Below, piece after piece: positions 1 through 64,000 of a stretch of 64,000 bases of DNA; position 1 is the stretch's first letter; each line of letters begins with the position of its first letter. The notes below the pieces were generated by a model. The model did not search any database and was not told the DNA's origin. It saw nothing but the letters and a program-made list of their open reading frames with translations. This DNA is from Octopus vulgaris (lineage: Eukaryota). The position numbers and the translations under genes were made by a program. The stretch covers positions 15,004,001 to 15,068,000 of the forward strand of contig OX597839.1 in NCBI GenBank assembly GCA_951406725.2, written 5' to 3'.

Positions 1-1545
1 GTCAAGGTTACATATTTCAGTAATTGACCAGTTAACGATATTGAAACTGTAAGTCACGACTGGTATGGCTAAAGTATCGATCCTGTTTCTCGCATTCAGC
101 TCTGTCTTGAGTATTGCTCTTACTCTGCGATAACATTCTCTCCTGATCCTTTCCTTCATCACTGAATGCCTTATTCCGTCCCCTTCAATTACCCCTAGGG
201 TACCTCTAGCTCTCCGCTTGATCTCTTTTATGACATTCTGCTGGTCAAGGTTCACGTTAGATGTTTCTGTCATTTCCCTTTGATAAATGTACTTTTGCAC
301 ATTTATCAAGGCCAAATTGCATTCTGATGTCATCACTGAATTGTTTACTAATCGCTAGTAAGCCCTTGAGTTGTTAGTCATTTTTTGCAAAGAGCTTTAA
401 ATCATCCATGTAAATGAGATGATTTATATTTTTATCAAACAATGTATAACCGTAGTGTGCATCGTTGAGCAATTTTGAGAGAGGTATTGAGGCTAAACAA
501 AAGAGGAGTGGTGATAGTGAGTCACCCTGGAAAATGCCACATGAAATTTTTACATCTCCAGCATTTAGAGATTCATTGTCACTGTTCAAAGTTAGTTTGG
601 TTCTCCATGATCTCATACTTACAGATAAAAGGCTTTGCAGAGTAGGCGCTATTTTATACATTTCCAGGCATTTCTTAGTCCAGCTACGTGGTAGGCTATC
701 AAAAGCTTTTTTATGGTCTATCCAGGCTATTGACAAGTTTTTGTGTCGTTTGTGACAATCTTCTAAGATCATCTTATTGATGAGTAGCTGATCTTTACAA
801 CCATAGGATATGCTGCGTTCTATTAAAAAAACTATAGGTATATTCAGTCAGGACAGATATTAGCATTTTATACGTTGTTGTTAAGCAGGTTATGGGTCTA
901 TAGTATTTTGGTTCATTTGTTTCTTCACTTTTTGGAAGCATGAATGTTAACCCATTAACTAGCCAAACAGGCATCCTGCTAGGGTGTTGCAAAACATCGT
1001 TGTAAAGTTCTGTTAGCAGTTCATGGCTCTCTGGGAAGGCATTCAACCAGAAGTTAAGAATTTTATCCTTTCCTGGAGACTTCCATTTGCTTGACCTCCT
1101 GAGAGAAGATCTTATATCTTCTACCTTGACACCCTCCCAATGTTGCTCCTCTAAGGAGATATTCTAACAATCCAAGGGGCCTTTTCGCTGTGAGTTTCAT
1201 TCTTCTGTTCAAATTTTATTCCAAAATCCCTGCACTTCTTTTGATGGGACAGACTTTACAGTAACTGGTGTATTCTTTATCGTTCCGTAAACATTTTGGG
1301 GGATTTTTTTTAACATGCTCTTGTCCTTGAAGAATCTGACCGGCTTATCATACCTCGCTATGCGGGTAGCTTTAGCACATGCATTTTGCTTGATGGTTTC
1401 TATGGCGGCATCAATCTCAAGTATGGTTTTCATATATTTTTTCATTAATTTTCAGGTTTTTGTTTGTTTGGTAGTCTTGTCAAACTTAAGGTTTTTCAGA
1501 CATTCTATGTTAGACACAAGTAGCTTAATTTGCTGTTGAATACCC
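1..1545 (-). mobile_element. Decayed R4/Dong-like non-LTR retrotransposon (RT fragments)
   Basis: ORFs 374..772 (GIFQGDSLSPLLFCLA, YMDDLKLFAK), 795..1046 (YRPITCL) and 1209..1445 in broken frames; abuts (TAT)n at 1548-1613. Confidence 0.8.
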
Positions 1546-1547
1546 TC

Positions 1548-1613
<66 letters not shown>

Positions 1614-2334
1614 CTTTCTCCTTCTCTTTCGTCTCCTTTTTCGTCTTCTGCATTTTCTTTTCCTCTTTTTTTGCTATTTTCTCCCTGTTTCTTTAACTTT
1701 GTTTACTATAGGCATTACAACCATATCTATCGCGATGAACGTAGACATTCTCGTTCAATGTCATAATTACACTCATCCTTCTCATTCTCTTTGCTATCTT
1801 TCCCAATCATAAACATCTTTCCAAATCATTATCATCAACATCAGCATCATATATCATAATAATATACCACCGGTCATCAGATGTAGAATTTTCAACGCTA
1901 TCATCATGATGCGCAACATTAACATTCCCTCCAGCTTCATCACATTCAATATCATATCCAGCATCAACATCGACATGCTAAGTACTGTCACTATCAGAAT
2001 AAATAACAGTAACAACAGTAACACCCACATTATCAGCATCATAAAAATCTTCATCATGAACACTGCCACCATAAATTCTTCTCTGCCTTATCATCATATT
2101 CATCACTAATACATCTTCAATGTTCACTAACTAATCTCGATCGTTATCCTATTCCTCCTCGACCTACACCTCATCATGATTATCAACAATAACATCATCA
2201 TCGTCGTCATCAACTTCATGGAATTAATCATCATCGTGATCACCTGTCCATCACTTCCATCATCTTATTGGTTAGAAAAATCCGTCACAAATATGTTCTA
2301 TATATTTTCTTATTAACACAATTGTTTATTCCAG

Positions 2335-61502
<59,168 letters not shown>

Positions 61503-62159
61503 GTATGTACAACGAATCTTTCTTTATTGGAAAACCAAAACTCTTTGTAATCACATAAAAAGATGTCATCAAACTAAAATCATGAAAAGATGTCATCAAA
61601 TTCACAGTTATTTAATATAGTTGACAATAAATAGTATTGTGTTGGTTTTAATTTTAGTGGGTTGCCATGGAAATTTCTGAGTATTGTGTTTTGTGATTGC
61701 AACGTCAGTGTTGAAATAGCATGAAGGCTGGTTTAATATAATTTCATCCAGGGTCGGAAATACGAGGTGTGTTCAAAAGTTATCCAACCTTTGGGGACAA
61801 AAAGTACCCACCATTTGTAGATTTCAAATATTTTATTGGATTTTCTTGAAAATACTCCTCTTGGAATTTCACTCGCTTAACCCCGAGGTTCTGTTACTGT
61901 TGGTATCAATTCTGGAATACCTTCGAGAGACTGTTATGGACTTCTGCTGTGGAAAATATTAAAATGTATTGAAATAAGGAAATAGTTATCGTTCATTACA
62001 TGATATATAATCTCTACGAAACATTATTATCGTTATTAGTACTAAAAAAGAATGGAAATATTTAAATTACTATATCGAATTATATATATTAATTCATTTT
62101 CCTTCTCTATAATTATAAGCATTTCTATATGCTTCTATAATGCATAAACTCGGTTTTAT

Positions 62160-62610
62160 ATGCATAAGATATGGTCATCAAATCTAAGTAGAGATTGCAA
62201 ACTTAAAATCTTCAAAGCCACAGTCGAACCAATTCTACTATATGGCTCAGAAACCTGGACGTTATCAAAGAAGCTTGAGAGGCGCTTTGATGGAACGTAC
62301 ACTTGCCTCCTTATGAGAGCTCAAAATCTCTCGTGGAAGCGTCCTCCAACCAAAATGCAAATATATGGGAAACTACCACATGCCTAAGATCGGGACATTG
62401 TTGTAGAGCTGAAAACGAGGTAATTTTTACTCTTCTCCTCTAGAAGCTATCTGCTCGCGATACCAGAGGGCGCACACTCTCCTACCCTGTATCTCCAGGG
62501 ATACAGGCATCCAGCAACAGGACCCCCGTAAAGCTATGATGGATCGTGAAGTCTGGCGTAACATAATAAATTCCCTTGTCTCGACCACGGTCGAACAATG
62601 ATGATGATGT
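62160..62610 (+). mobile_element. RTE-like LINE 3' fragment
   Basis: KLKIFKATVEPILLYGSETWTL; ends in a (tga)n tail at ~62599-62609. Confidence 0.7.
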
Positions 62611-63769
62611 ACTCTTTCAGCTTCTGCATTGGTTCATCTCCATGGCTAAAAACAAAAATTCCTTAGCAACAAAACAACCTGTTTAAAACAGCTTTGCTCT
62701 ACAACAGCGGCACCAAATTTCTGCCACCAAATCGTCCCTAATCTATGATATAAAGGGATCGGTCTACATGGCTCTAGATTTTTTCCTTATGTAAAGGGAT
62801 TTTATTACTCAATACGTAAGCTATGAGAGAGAGTAATAACTCAAATTTAACATTTTTCACCAGAAACCATTTCACTTTATTGCTGTTACTAACACCTTTT
62901 GGAACAAAACATCAATGCCATTACTTCTATACTTTTGCTGGAATTATATTATCCTTCTTTCTTGTCCAATACAACAGACGATACTCAATATCTTTAAAGC
63001 ATATTCACTTAAAGTTCTGTTTATAATTGCAGTGACCTCAGAAATAATAAAGATATGATGTGTGGATGTCATCTGCCAGCCTTGGTAAATTATGCGAAAA
63101 CAACGTTCAACAGACCTATGAAGGTCGAGGGCGAGTGTCAGACAGATACAGGCAATAACCAAAACAAAATAATACCTATAATGGAATACTCACAATGTAA
63201 AAGTTAGTAAAATCTTCCTTGTTGTTATTTTATTATTATAACTGACAGTACAATCGTTGAGAGGCCGGATAAACCACCTAGCGACATTTCATACATCGTT
63301 ACGGTCTGAGTTCAATTTACGTCCAGTTCGACTTTGCTTTTCATCCTATTGAGGTATTTTTTTTAGACGTTTGTTCCTTCTCAAGCCATGCCTGGCCCAT
63401 AAGGGCCGGTTTCCCGGTTTCTTTAGCGTATAGGTTCCCCATGTGGATGGGACGCCGGTCCGTCGCAGGTAAGCTGCTAGATGCAGGGGGAAATAGTGAG
63501 AGAAAGTTGTGGCGAAAGAGTCAGCAGAAGTTCGCTATTATCTTCTGCCGGAGCCGCGTGGGGCTTAGGTGTTTTCGCTCATAAACACACACATCGCCCG
63601 GTCTCAGATTCACACAAACCCACAAACACTAGAGCATACAGACGCATGAACGCGCACACGCACACACTCTCTCACTCACTCCCTCTCTCTTTCTCACTTC
63701 CACACTCCCACGTACATTCCCATTAACATGACTACATGAATACATAAATATATAACTAAAAACTTAATA

Positions 63770-63929
63770 GGCGTAGGAGTTGCTGTGAGGTAAGTACCTT
63801 GCTTACCAACCACATGGTTCTGGGTTTAGTCCCACTGCGTGGCACCTTGGGCAAGTGTCTTCTACTATAGCCTCAGACCGGCCAAAGCCTTGTTAGTGGA
63901 TTTGGTAGACGGAAACTAAAAGAAGCCCG

Positions 63930-63931
<2 letters not shown>
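63770..63931 (+). mobile_element. tRNA-derived SINE
   Basis: ggcgtaggagttgctgtgaggtaag...ggtttagtccc...ccttgggcaagtgtctt; followed by (TA)n. Confidence 0.65.
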
Positions 63932-63968
<37 letters not shown>

Positions 63969-64000
63969 GTCTGTGTGTGTGTGTGTGTGTTTGTATGTCT

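Overview
AT-rich, microsatellite-laden animal genomic DNA. The SINE, Penelope and Dong-type repeat content is what I would expect of an octopus/cephalopod genome (inference). Nearly all long ORFs in the supplied track are artefacts of simple repeats. The real coding signal, largely missed by the ORF track, is a + strand gene built from single-LRR micro-exons. There are 19 intact 72-nt exons (AG|72 nt|GT, all phase 2-2, one 24-aa typical LRR each, 456 aa in total) spread from 2335 to 61502. Three inactivated pseudo-exons (4682, 19050, 48733) and several slots where an exon appears deleted lie among them. The exons fall into two classes that mostly alternate, sit in duplicated intron modules with patchy, recent near-identity, vary most at the beta-strand face, and can be joined any-to-any without a frameshift or stop. 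This looks like a fast-turnover LRR cassette array and is a candidate variable receptor. Its N- and C-terminal exons were not found in the window. The introns hold decayed R4/Dong-like, Penelope-like, L1/Tx1-like, RTE-like, Gypsy-like and Tc1/mariner elements, tRNA-derived SINEs, MITE-like palindromes, multi-kb (TA)n arrays, a ~108-bp minisatellite, and hammerhead ribozyme motifs, one apparently intact and sense to the LRR gene (33880-33965).
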